In this document: one piece after another, positions 10,541-18,506 of the stretch
Position numbering within the stretch: the first letter of the stretch is position 1
How the letters are laid out: each line of letters begins with the position of its first letter
From: an uncultured Chloroflexia bacterium
Lineage (GTDB): Bacteria > Chloroflexota > UBA6077 > JACCZL01
Direction: 5' to 3'
Assembly (NCBI GenBank): GCA_963765765.1
Contig: CAVXYC010000013.1
Location: forward strand, 1-18,506
Length of the DNA: 18,506 nt
The notes under the pieces: model-generated
The model's database searches: none
What the model saw: the letters and a program-made list of their open reading frames with translations, nothing else
Told to the model about the DNA's origin: nothing
Made by a program: the position numbers and the translations under genes

Positions 10541-10614
10541 CCGGTGGAGCGGGTCTCCGCACCCGCTACTCCATCGCACAGGACACTGGCGGGTACGGAG
10601 ACCCGCTCCACCGG
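10541..10614. repeat. REP doublet (REPIN-like inverted repeat)
   Basis: 26-bp arms CCGGTGGAGCGGGTCTCCGCACCCGC (10541-10566) and GCGGGTACGGAGACCCGCTCCACCGG (10589-10614), 1 mismatch, 22-nt spacer. Each arm is itself a small hairpin (GCGGGT..ACCCGC) preceded by GTGG. Confidence 0.75.
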
Positions 10615-10717
10615 GCATATACTCAGGGCGAACGATTCAATCGAAACAAGCGTTAAGATGTCGTCAGTTCAGCCCAACGGAAGCTGCACCGGGCGTTTGG
10701 TAGCGGGCGGGGAGAGC

Positions 10718-11739
10718 ATGATGGTAGTTGCTACAGATCGACTTCTTTACATCGGCACCGAGAATGGATTGTTTGAAGCAAAACCGCGTGGCGGCGAGTA
10801 TGAGCTGACGGCGCTGCCGTTCGAGGTCCGCGGAACCATGCGAACGCCGCTGGTGGTGGATAAGGACGATCCGAGCCGTCTGTATGCCGGCACTACTAAA
10901 GATGGCATGCTGGTGAGCGAGGACGCGGGGCGCACCTGGCGAGAGATCAATAACGGTCTCATTTACAAAGAAGTCTGGTCGTTGGTGCAGCACCCGACAA
11001 CCGGCGACCTTTACGTGGGGACCGGGCCGGCATCGGTATTCAAGAGTACGGACCGGGGCGAATCGTGGCAGGATTCCGAACAATTCCGCAGCATGCCGGA
11101 GTCGATCGACTGGACGTTTCCTCGAGCCCCGCACGTTGCACACGTCAAAGGCCTCGGCGTATGCGGCCAGGACCCGGACATCGTATTCGGTGCGGTGGAG
11201 GAGGGGTGGATCGTTCGTAGTCGCGACGGTGGCCAAACCTGGGCCACTATCAAACAGGGCACTGAGTTCGACTCGCACTACGTCACCGTACTGCCGCACG
11301 ATCCGTCCATTATCCTGGCTACCAGTGGAATGGGTACCTACCGAAGTACGGACGGTGGAGACTCGTTCACTCAGATTACCGAGGGGTTGGACCGTCGCTA
11401 TTTCGCAGCGCCAGTCGTCCATCCGGATCGGCCAAATGTCATGTTACGGCCGCCGCGTCGGTGCCACCTCCCGGGTGGCGACGTCCCGAAGGCGCCGACT
11501 CAGCGATCTATCGCAGTGAGGATTACGGCGAAACCTGGCAGCGAGTGATCACGGGCTTACCAGACTATTTCAAAGCTGCGCCGCGGTTCGCCGGTGGTGA
11601 TCCAACGGATCCTGATGTGTTCATCGTCGGAATGACCGATGGTGAGATCTGGCAGAGCAGCGACGCCGGGCAGAGCTTCAACCTTCTGCTCAGCGGACTA
11701 CCTTCTGTCAGCGGGGTGAGCGTCGCAGGGCGGGCCTAG
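10718..11739 (+). CDS. BNR/Asp-box repeat beta-propeller protein (WD40/YVTN-like, glycosyl hydrolase/sialidase-like fold); frameshift near 11450
   Basis: Repeated Asp-boxes SEDAGRTW, STDRGESW, SRDGGQTW, STDGGDSF, SEDYGETW, SSDAGQSF. ATG 10718/10721 behind GGGGAG. Confidence 0.85.
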
Positions 11740-11755
11740 CCTCGATTTGGTGTTG

Positions 11756-11790
11756 GACAGTGGCGGGCATATGCCCGCCACTGTCGTTTT
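11756..11790 (+). terminator. Intrinsic terminator-like perfect palindrome between convergent genes
   Basis: GACAGTGGCGGGCAT-ATGCCCGCCACTGTC (30-bp perfect palindrome, 11756-11785) followed by GTTTT. Confidence 0.75.
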
Positions 11791-11798
11791 CTCCTGTC

Positions 11799-13142
11799 CT
11801 AGCGGTAGGCCAGGAGCTTTTCGTGCTCCACGAATGCTTTTCGCAAATGCTCTGTGGCCGTGAGCCAGTTCTGATCGCGTTTCAAGACGACCCCGCCTGA
11901 CCGCTGCTCATACACTTCAGGGTGATCCACAGGATACGGAACCTCACCCTGGTCGCGTAGCGCCTTGGCAGCGTTCAGCAGGCGCCGGCGAGTTCGAATG
12001 ACCATGGTGTCGCCCGTCCCAAGTCGCTCCTTGGTCCGATCTAGAATGGGGCCCATCGCCTCGGTAAGCGCTTGGTCCTGTGTATGGATGCCCTGGATGC
12101 CCGTGTACCCAGCCGTACCTTCGTTGCGCTTCTGAAGATCGCGATCAATGAGGAAGTCGTTCCGTAGGTTCTGGGTGATACGCCACTTTCCATACCAATC
12201 GCTGGTGGCGGGAAGATACTCGAACGATCCAGCGGGATCCACTCGCACAGGATTCTCTGAATCTTGTTTTGGGGCACCACCTCCCTGGCCGAACGACAGC
12301 GTTTTTGGGGCTGCGAAGCTCCAGAACATCATGTGCTCATCGTCCATGGGAACCCACGCACGCACAAGCACCTGCACGCCGAGGACCCCCGTGGGAATCA
12401 TTGTGAAGCATGGGAAGAGAAACTGCGCAAAGCGCCAGTAGTACGAGTCTTCCTCCGCGGGGCGATAGGCAGCGTACATCGTTCCGTAATCCGTCTCCAC
12501 GGCGTTGTAGCGCGGTGCACGCTCCTTCACCGTGTAGTAATTGAACGAGCCCGGTTCCTGCTCTTCCGGTTTTAGGGCACCCATATGGAGAAATCCGAGG
12601 TGACTGGTATCAATGTCGCCCTCGAGCGCCTGAGCCCAGTTGCACTCACGAAAAACTTTCTGGACGTTGTATTCGCCCTCCGGAAGCATATTCGGCTCTA
12701 TGTTCGGCAAAGGTGGCGGTGTCTCGCGGGGGCCCATGTACGTCCAGATCACGCCGCCCCTCTCAACGCATGGGTACGCGGTGAGATGAACCTTGTGCTT
12801 GAAGTTGCTCTCCGGTGGCTCGTTCGGCATATCCACACACCCGCCGGAGGTGTTGAACTTCCAGCCGTGATATACGCAGCGTAGGCCATCTTCCTCATTG
12901 CGACCGAAGAAGAGCGACGCCCCGCGATGCGGGCAGTTCTCGGCCACAAGTCCAACGGCGCCGGCTGAGTCCCGAAACGCAATGAGCTTTTCTCCGAGGA
13001 GCAACACGCGCTGCGGCTCGCCGTCTGGCTCAGGTAGCTCCGATGTCTTCAGACAGGGCAGCCAGAATTGCCGCATGAGATCACCCATCGGCGTTCCAGG
13101 GCCCACCCGACAGAGCAGCTCATTGTCATCTTGACTCAGCAT
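11799..13142 (-). CDS. Rieske non-heme iron oxygenase alpha subunit, phthalate 4,5-dioxygenase/LigXa-like (447 aa)
   Basis: N-terminus MLSQDDNELLCRVGPGTPMGDLMRQFW, Rieske motif CPHRG..CVYHGW, mononuclear Fe site EGDIDTSHLGFLH plus QDQA. AAGGAG RBS before ATG 13142. Confidence 0.92.
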   Translation of the reverse strand: MLSQDDNELLCRVGPGTPMGDLMRQFWLPCLKTSELPEPDGEPQRVLLLGEKLIAFRDSAGAVGLVAENCPHRGASLFFGRNEEDGLRCVYHGWKFNTSGGCVDMPNEPPESNFKHKVHLTAYPCVERGGVIWTYMGPRETPPPLPNIEPNMLPEGEYNVQKVFRECNWAQALEGDIDTSHLGFLHMGALKPEEQEPGSFNYYTVKERAPRYNAVETDYGTMYAAYRPAEEDSYYWRFAQFLFPCFTMIPTGVLGVQVLVRAWVPMDDEHMMFWSFAAPKTLSFGQGGGAPKQDSENPVRVDPAGSFEYLPATSDWYGKWRITQNLRNDFLIDRDLQKRNEGTAGYTGIQGIHTQDQALTEAMGPILDRTKERLGTGDTMVIRTRRRLLNAAKALRDQGEVPYPVDHPEVYEQRSGGVVLKRDQNWLTATEHLRKAFVEHEKLLAYR

Positions 13143-13179
13143 CGCCGTACTCCTTGCGCTGGAAAAGCTGCGCATTGAA

Positions 13180-13200
13180 GTTTGCACTGCACTTGCAAAC
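13180..13200. promoter_or_regulatory. Palindrome upstream of the Rieske gene (candidate operator or leader hairpin)
   Basis: GTTTGCA-CTGCACT-TGCAAAC, perfect 7-bp arms, about 38 nt upstream of the start codon. Confidence 0.4.
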
Positions 13201-13323
13201 ACTCGACCTGATGGTACTTCCGATGGACGGAATCACCAAGTTATTGGTGGATTCGATAGCAGGATGCGGCGCCGAGTAGATATCCCAGATGCGAGCGCTG
13301 CGGGAATGATCCAATCAATACCC

Positions 13324-13425
13324 GTAGCGCGGTGGTCTTACGCCTCGCGCTACCGAACACATCTGGTTGGTACGCCATTCGAAAGACAGGATCCCGGAGC
13401 GCGGGCGCAAGACCACCGCGCTCCG
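13324..13425. repeat. Second, unrelated REP doublet (GTAG/GGAG type)
   Basis: GTAGCGCGGTGGTCTTACGCCTCGCGCTAC (13324-13353) and an inverted partner at 13395-13425 whose reverse complement is CGGAGCGCGGTGGTCTTGCGCCCGCGCTCCG. Confidence 0.7.
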
Positions 13426-13458
13426 AGGGGCTAGATATCCATTACGGGACCAGAACAG

Positions 13459-13502
13459 CGGATGTCGAAGTTGGCGCCCACAATGGGGCGCCACGACGTC
13501 CG
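13459..13502 (-). terminator. Stem-loop downstream of the cupin gene (no clear U-tract)
   Basis: TGGCGCCC-ACAATG-GGGCGCCA core, extended by CGGATGTCG/CGACGTCCG. Confidence 0.4.
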
Positions 13503-13522
13503 TTCCAAATTGGTCGGTTCGG

Positions 13523-14803
13523 TTAGGACTGGGCCTGAGTGCGGGCGACGTAGTCACGCCAGCGCGCGAGGAGTCGGTCCATCTCCGACGGTATCCGCCG
13601 GGCCCGAAGCTCTTCTTCGAAGATCTCGCGGATTGATGGATCCTCATCTTCGTAGTCGATGAACGTATCCGCAGCCACAGCCGCGACTTCATCTTCGTGA
13701 TCGTGGTCATGCTCGTGATCGTGGCCATGGTCTTCGTCGTGATCGTGTACATGGTCGTGATCATGATCATGTGTGTGGTCGTGATCCTGGTCGTCGTCAT
13801 CGTGATCATGATCGGATGGATGCGATGCGAGCTGCTGGAGCTGGGCCCCTCGGAATCGGATGGCAAGATAGCGAGCTCGGCCGTTCTCCAGGTTGAAAAG
13901 TTGGTTGTACCAGCCTTCACGCTCAACTGTAAGCGTGCCAGGTTGCCAATCTATGCGCTGCGCATGGTGGCTGCCGGCCCGCCACCTAAAGGAGTATCCC
14001 TCGCCTGAGAGGATAAGCACATGCTCAGGCGAGGAGAGTCGGCGCGCTTTCTGATACGTTCCACGCACCAGCTCTCCGAGATATGCGCCCATATTGTTCG
14101 CGGCGAGTGAGATCTCCTCATCCAGTGTGCCGACTCCGGGCTCTGGGTTCGCATGCAAGGTTTGAGTACGCACATCGGGGACAAAGTTCGTCTCCCAGAC
14201 ATGGTTCAGCCCGCGATGCCAGAGCTTGCCTTCCTGGCTGAAGTAACCCTGGTTGCCGTCAAATCGATCTAGAAACGCGAAGTCATTGTTGAAAATGAAA
14301 TCCTGATTTCTAAAGGTCTTCAGCATGCTCGGAAGGTTTGTTACGGAGAAGAGCCGCGCTGGCTCCTGGCCGCTGCCATTGAGAAGCTGATACCAGGCAT
14401 TGAGAGGGATGGCGAAGAGTGAGCCAGCGCTCCACTCGAATGATTGCTTGGGCCCATCGCCGTACCACACGACACAATTGCCACGACCCGAGACCACATA
14501 AATGATCTCCTCGTACAAATGACGAAATGAACTGGTCTCTCCGCCCGCCGCAATCTCTACCACATGCGCGTCGATGAGTCCGCCCGTTCCGTCGAGATCG
14601 ACAATGGCGCCTTTGGCGCCGCGGCGGCTCCAGTTTTGCAGTTCCAGCGTGCGGAGATCCGGAACGCCAGTCCCCCGATATACGGGGATGTACTCATCTT
14701 CTTGCCATTGCTCGTATGCATCCAGCGCATTAAGCTCCGCTAGATCGCCGTGCTTTGCGGGATGGAGATAGCGCTGTTCGTTGTCCGAAGGCTCCTGGGT
14801 CAT
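13523..14803 (-). CDS. Bicupin protein (gentisate-dioxygenase-like/RmlC fold, 426 aa) with His/Asp-rich insertion
   Basis: RHLYEEIIYVVSGRG, SFEWSAGSLFAIPLNAW, WETNFVPDV, VLILSGEGYS, IDWQPGTL, IDYEDEDPSIREIFEEEL. ATG 14803 behind GAGGGAGG. Confidence 0.85.
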   Translation of the reverse strand: MTQEPSDNEQRYLHPAKHGDLAELNALDAYEQWQEDEYIPVYRGTGVPDLRTLELQNWSRRGAKGAIVDLDGTGGLIDAHVVEIAAGGETSSFRHLYEEIIYVVSGRGNCVVWYGDGPKQSFEWSAGSLFAIPLNAWYQLLNGSGQEPARLFSVTNLPSMLKTFRNQDFIFNNDFAFLDRFDGNQGYFSQEGKLWHRGLNHVWETNFVPDVRTQTLHANPEPGVGTLDEEISLAANNMGAYLGELVRGTYQKARRLSSPEHVLILSGEGYSFRWRAGSHHAQRIDWQPGTLTVEREGWYNQLFNLENGRARYLAIRFRGAQLQQLASHPSDHDHDDDDQDHDHTHDHDHDHVHDHDEDHGHDHEHDHDHEDEVAAVAADTFIDYEDEDPSIREIFEEELRARRIPSEMDRLLARWRDYVARTQAQS

Positions 14804-14897
14804 CAGGCCTCCCTCATCATGAATTGATCGTGGTGCCCTGATGATACAAGGCACCGGAATGACTCGGGCCGATTGACCCAACCAAGGATAGGCGCGG

Positions 14898-15587
14898 TTA
14901 GAACAGCGACGGCTGCTCAACCTCAGGCTCTATGAGTGCCGGCTCATCGATGGCGGCGGTGTTGACGAGCGACGAGACTGGAAAGCTCTCCATCGCCTCG
15001 GTCGAGTATTGTCGCAGGAGCTTCAGCACCTGGGTTGTGCGATTCTCTCGATAGTTGAGCCAGGTCGATTCGTCGGCCGGCTCCATGATCACCGGCATGC
15101 GATGGTGGATCTGAGACATCAGCGCGTTTGCTTCGGTCGTGATGATGGCACACGTGTCCTCGGCAGGATTGTCAGCCGGCGCCTCGGCGTAGAGCCCGGC
15201 GAATGCGAATAGCCTGCCGTTCTTCAAGCGAATGTACATCGGCTGTTTGCTCTTGCCACCTGGCGCGGTCTTCCATTCATAGAAGCCATCGGCAGGAATG
15301 AGACACCGCTGGTAACGCAGGGCGCTGCGAAACATGGCTCGCTCGGTCAAAGTTTCAGCGCGCGCGTTGACCGGCGGCGGACCTTTCATGGGCGAGCTCA
15401 GCCACGGCGGAACGAATCCCCAGCGAGCCAGACGCATCTCCGGGCCGCGCGGTGTATCCACGATGATCGGCACGAGCTGCGTTGGAGCAACGTTGAAGCG
15501 CGGCGTGATGCCGGTTTCGGCGAATTCCTCGAGACCGAATCGTCGCATCAGTGGGCTGGGGTCAGTCAGTGTGTATCGGCCGCACAT
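14898..15587 (-). CDS. SOS response-associated peptidase (SRAP; YedK/HMCES family abasic-site protecting protein)
   Basis: MCGRY N-terminus (catalytic Cys2), FNVAPTQ, NARAET, RCLIPADGFYEW, IHHRMPVI. Intact 229 aa. Confidence 0.95.
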   Translation of the reverse strand: MCGRYTLTDPSPLMRRFGLEEFAETGITPRFNVAPTQLVPIIVDTPRGPEMRLARWGFVPPWLSSPMKGPPPVNARAETLTERAMFRSALRYQRCLIPADGFYEWKTAPGGKSKQPMYIRLKNGRLFAFAGLYAEAPADNPAEDTCAIITTEANALMSQIHHRMPVIMEPADESTWLNYRENRTTQVLKLLRQYSTEAMESFPVSSLVNTAAIDEPALIEPEVEQPSLF

Positions 15588-15640
15588 ATTTCGAGATTAG
15601 ACGCAATGTTGTGGACTGTGACGGTCCACGGACAATGTCG

Positions 15641-15784
15641 TTATGTCTTGCGTCGCTCCACGAAATACATGATGAGCGCGATGACAGCCGCTAATCCAAG
15701 CATCCATGGCTCCACCCCAGCAAGGTAGCCAATGATGAACATCATCACGGCCATGAATACGATGATCGGGGTGTTGTAGCGCAT
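15641..15784 (-). CDS. Small 47-aa two-helix membrane protein (not in the ORF track)
   Basis: MRYNTPIIVFMAVMMFIIGYLAGVEPWMLGLAAVIALIMYFVERRKT*: two hydrophobic stretches and a basic tail, co-oriented with its neighbours. No clear Shine-Dalgarno. Confidence 0.65.
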   Translation of the reverse strand: MRYNTPIIVFMAVMMFIIGYLAGVEPWMLGLAAVIALIMYFVERRKT

Positions 15785-15794
15785 TGAGAATCTG

Positions 15795-15892
15795 CGAGTA
15801 ACGAGTAACGAGTAACGAGTAACGAGTAACGAGTAACGAGTAACGAGTAACGAGTGCCCTTAACTAATCGTTACCCGCTACTCGCTACTCGC
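15795..15892. repeat. Heptamer tandem repeat with degenerate inverted copies
   Basis: (CGAGTAA)x8 + CGAGT at 15795-15855, a short spacer, then TTACCCG-CTACTCG-CTACTCG at 15871-15891 (reverse-complement variants). Confidence 0.92.
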
Positions 15893-15895
15893 TTC

Positions 15896-16882
15896 CTATA
15901 GGTCCAGCGTCTGTGGCGCGAAGACTTCCTCGAGCTTTACGAGGCGCGGGGTGAGGCCTTGCTCGTGGCTATATTGTGCAGCGGTTTCCAACGCCTTGAG
16001 ATTCGACTTCACCCCATAAGGGTATGGGTCATCGCCCAGACCTGCCCGGCCGGCCTCGCTCAGAAGTCCAAGCACGCGATGGGTCTCTGACTCTCGCTTG
16101 ACTTCGGCCAGCACCCTTTCTTTGGCAATTCTGAAAGCATTGAACAGATTGAGCGCTGTCCATGGGTACTTCTCGTATATTGAACGACGCATCACCGTGC
16201 AGTGGTTGATGGGGAAGATGCCGGTCTTCGGAAGTAGCGAACGCTCTCTTCACGCGGGTCCCAGAGCTTGCGTACCTTGGGGTTGTTCTCGAAATCGACC
16301 TGGCTGCGGTCGATTTCACTACCATGCACATACAGCATCGTGGCGTCAAGCTCATCGTCCATCATCATCTGGCCGATGTTCTTCTCAAGTGGAATGTAGC
16401 TAAATTTCACGTCTGCTGGCGGTCTGAAGCCAGAGTGGCCGCCATGGCTCCTCGACTCGGTGCGCTCCATGAACCATTCCATGTCGCGCGCGTGTACTCC
16501 GAATTCATGCTGCAGAATTCCGCGCGACCAGAGCGCCGCGGTCTGCTGATACTCCGGTACACCCATTCGCTTGCCCTTGAGATCCTCGGGCTTATTGATT
16601 CCGCGTCTGAGCGGATCCACATCCAGTTCTGGAAGAAGTGTCGCTGCGTGAATATCGGCAACGCGACCCAGGGTGAATTTCCCTGGGCGGTGATTACCAT
16701 GAGCGATGAGATGGACATTTCCGAGACGTCGAATTCCTGGTGTGCGAGTTGGCGATAGAAGATGTCCGCCGCGTGCATGAACCGGGCGTCAAGGGTGATA
16801 CCGTCCGGCTTGACCGGCCCTCAACAACGGGCCGCGAACGGTCGTTTTCGCTGAACGCCATCGTCAATTTGAGATCACTCAT
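15896..16882 (-). CDS. 4,5-dihydroxyphthalate decarboxylase-like protein (periplasmic-binding-protein type II fold); about 3 frameshifts
   Basis: Fragments join as MSDLKLTMAFSENDRSRPVVEG / IFYRQLAHQEFDVSEMSISS..LPIFTQRHFF / EDLKGKRMGVPEYQQTAALWSRGILQHEFGV / GIFPINHCTVMRR..DPYPYGVKSNLKALET..EQGLTPRLVKLEEVF. ATG 16882 behind GGGGAGG. Confidence 0.85.
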
Positions 16883-16949
16883 CACATCCTCCCCCAAACG
16901 CAAGGCTCCTGCCTGGCCTCGGCATCCTAGGGCGCGCCTATGGTCGGAG

Positions 16950-17845
16950 TCAATGCGCGCTCAGTGCCCAGTTCAGCCGACGAAATTGGCCGAGCTCACG
17001 GCAGTTTTCGAAGGTCATCCCGGGATACCAGATGCATCCCTCGCGGCGAATCAGCGGATCGTGACAGTCAGGTAGCGAAGCGAGAACCGATGCGTGCTGG
17101 GACATGACCAGCGCCGAGATAGCTGCGTCAAAGGCGTCCTCTGAGCCAGCGATCAGCTCAGCCCATTGAGCGCACAGGCTCGGGTATCGTTGCGCGACGT
17201 AGTCCATTCGGTGATCGGCATTGGACTTGATGACCGGACCCGTCAGAAGACGGGGATAAATCTCGAACTCAATTGGATGGGCGGGTGAATAGAATGGCCA
17301 GATCCGAAATCCGGCCTCATGCAGCTTGAGCAGGGTCACCATGCCGCGCAGGGAGCCGTGCCAACGGAACGGCTCCGCCAATCTGAAAGACGGATTTCGG
17401 GCGACGATCCAGCATGAGCTCTGCCTGCCGATAGCCCCGCTCCAGCGCGTCGGCTGGGCGGGGTCGGCCCGGGCGTCCCCAAAACGGAGGCTCGCAGGCT
17501 GCCAGCCAGGATTCGCCTTCTTGCTCCGCTAATCTCCAGAACTCATGAGCACTGCCGGCCAGATGCTCATCTAGGAACCAGCCAGGGAAAGAAAACGCGA
17601 AGTCTAAACCGACAATCAGGTATGAGACGCGTGAGGCCACGTCAATCAGCTTGGCGCGCCAGATCGGCAGCGCTTCGCCCGTTTTCTAGTCGGACGAGAT
17701 CTCCCGCTCGGACTTCCGCTAGCCAGATTCGCCTCTCCGATCCCGTGCGAGCGCCTGACCAGTCAACGGCGATGCAAGTGGGTTCTGACTCGGCATCCGC
17801 CACATTGAACGGCTCGAGGTCGCGGGGCGGCGGATTGCCGACCAT
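16950..17845 (-). CDS. DUF429-like predicted nuclease (RNase H-like fold); about 2 frameshifts, start uncertain
   Basis: CIAVDWSGA..RIWLAEV / IVGLDFAFSFPGWF / KSVFQIGGA / FEIYPRLL..SEDAFDAAISALVM..REGCIW. Confidence 0.75.
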
Positions 17846-17850
17846 CCGAA

Positions 17851-18506
17851 TTAACTTGCTTTCTGTAATGCTGAGCTTTCGCCGGTGCCGGTGCCGACGA
17901 GCCGCGGACCACTGGGAAATGACTGGCGGAATTATTGGCCGAATGACTCGGCTCGCCCTCGTGCCGGTATCGAAAAGAGCCTGGTGGGCCAAGGTCCAGC
18001 GCAGCCCATACGACTCTCGGATAGAATCTGGCAGCAGTCCCGCGGTGGCGAGGCGGTAGGAGAATATCAGTGGGAGCTCGAAGACGCCCGCTACCCCGTG
18101 ACCTAAGCCCAACAGATTAGCGGCAAGTTCGCGCGCGGCGTCGCCCACGGTGATGGTTCGGACCCGGTTATCGCATCGATGTACGCGGGAGCTCGTGCGG
18201 GTCGTCGGTAGAAGCTCGTCGGGAATGCCCAGGAGAGGGCCAACCATCATGGCCTCCCTGCATACCGGTCTTGAGCCTCGATGGTCAATGGCTCGACAAA
18301 GAGCTCATACGTGCGCAAGGTAGAGTCCAACAAGGCGGCGTGAACCGAGCGCAAAAGGTCTGGATCGTGTGCGCTGTAGCTTGTCCGTGGGGAACATCGC
18401 CAGTTGCTGAGCGAAGGTTGCCGTTGATCCGATCGTGGATTCCATCGATGTGATCGGCGACAAGCTCGGGCCTCAGCGGCGCTGCCGTAGGTAAATGCCA
18501 GCATCG
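17851..18506 (-). CDS. DUF2236/MpaB-like oxygenase family protein, 5'-partial and frameshifted
   Basis: MLAFTYGSAAEAR..YSAHDPDLLRSVHAALLDSTLRTYELFVEPL..QDRY / LLGIPDELLP / LATAGLLPDSIRESYGLRW. 3' end uncertain. Confidence 0.85.

Noticed and set aside
13315-13926. 203-aa ORF with Thr/Met/Ile repeats and the antisense Val/Ile/Met-rich ORF at 13697-14008
   Set aside because: Both are alternative-frame readings of the His/Asp tract in the cupin gene.
15588-15640. LexA box upstream of SRAP
   Set aside because: No GAAC-N4-GTTC or CTG-N10-CAG match seen, only a generic hairpin.
15795-15855. Repeat array as a CRISPR
   Set aside because: 7-bp contiguous units with no spacers and no cas genes.
14898-17845. 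SRAP plus DUF429 nuclease as a DNA repair or defence module
   Set aside because: They are separated by a metabolic gene and a repeat, and nothing in the sequence links them.

Overview
GC-rich bacterial window with many single-base indels, most likely an uncorrected long-read assembly. The paralog types suggest an environmental Chloroflexota-like organism, but that is inference only. The left third (1-5.8 kb) looks like a defence islet: a truncated tyrosine-integrase relic, then a ~4.6 kb frameshifted AVAST (Avs2-like) STAND NTPase with an N-terminal Mrr-like nuclease. Next come an XRE/MmyB-type regulator with an apparently replaced C-terminus, divergent from a DUF1772-like membrane protein, with a visible operator pair and promoter between them. 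These are followed by an HtrA-like lipoprotein protease, an SDR and a BNR beta-propeller protein. A minus-strand run then carries a DUF2236/MpaB-like protein, a DUF429-like nuclease, a 4,5-dihydroxyphthalate-decarboxylase-like protein, an unannotated 47-aa membrane protein, SRAP, a bicupin and a phthalate-dioxygenase-like Rieske oxygenase. The bicupin appears to have lost its metal-ligand histidines but carries a 17-His acidic tract. Intergenic DNA holds two different REPIN-like doublets, a heptamer tandem/inverted repeat and several palindromes. No rRNA, tRNA or CRISPR array was seen. All family calls come from recognised motifs, not database searches.
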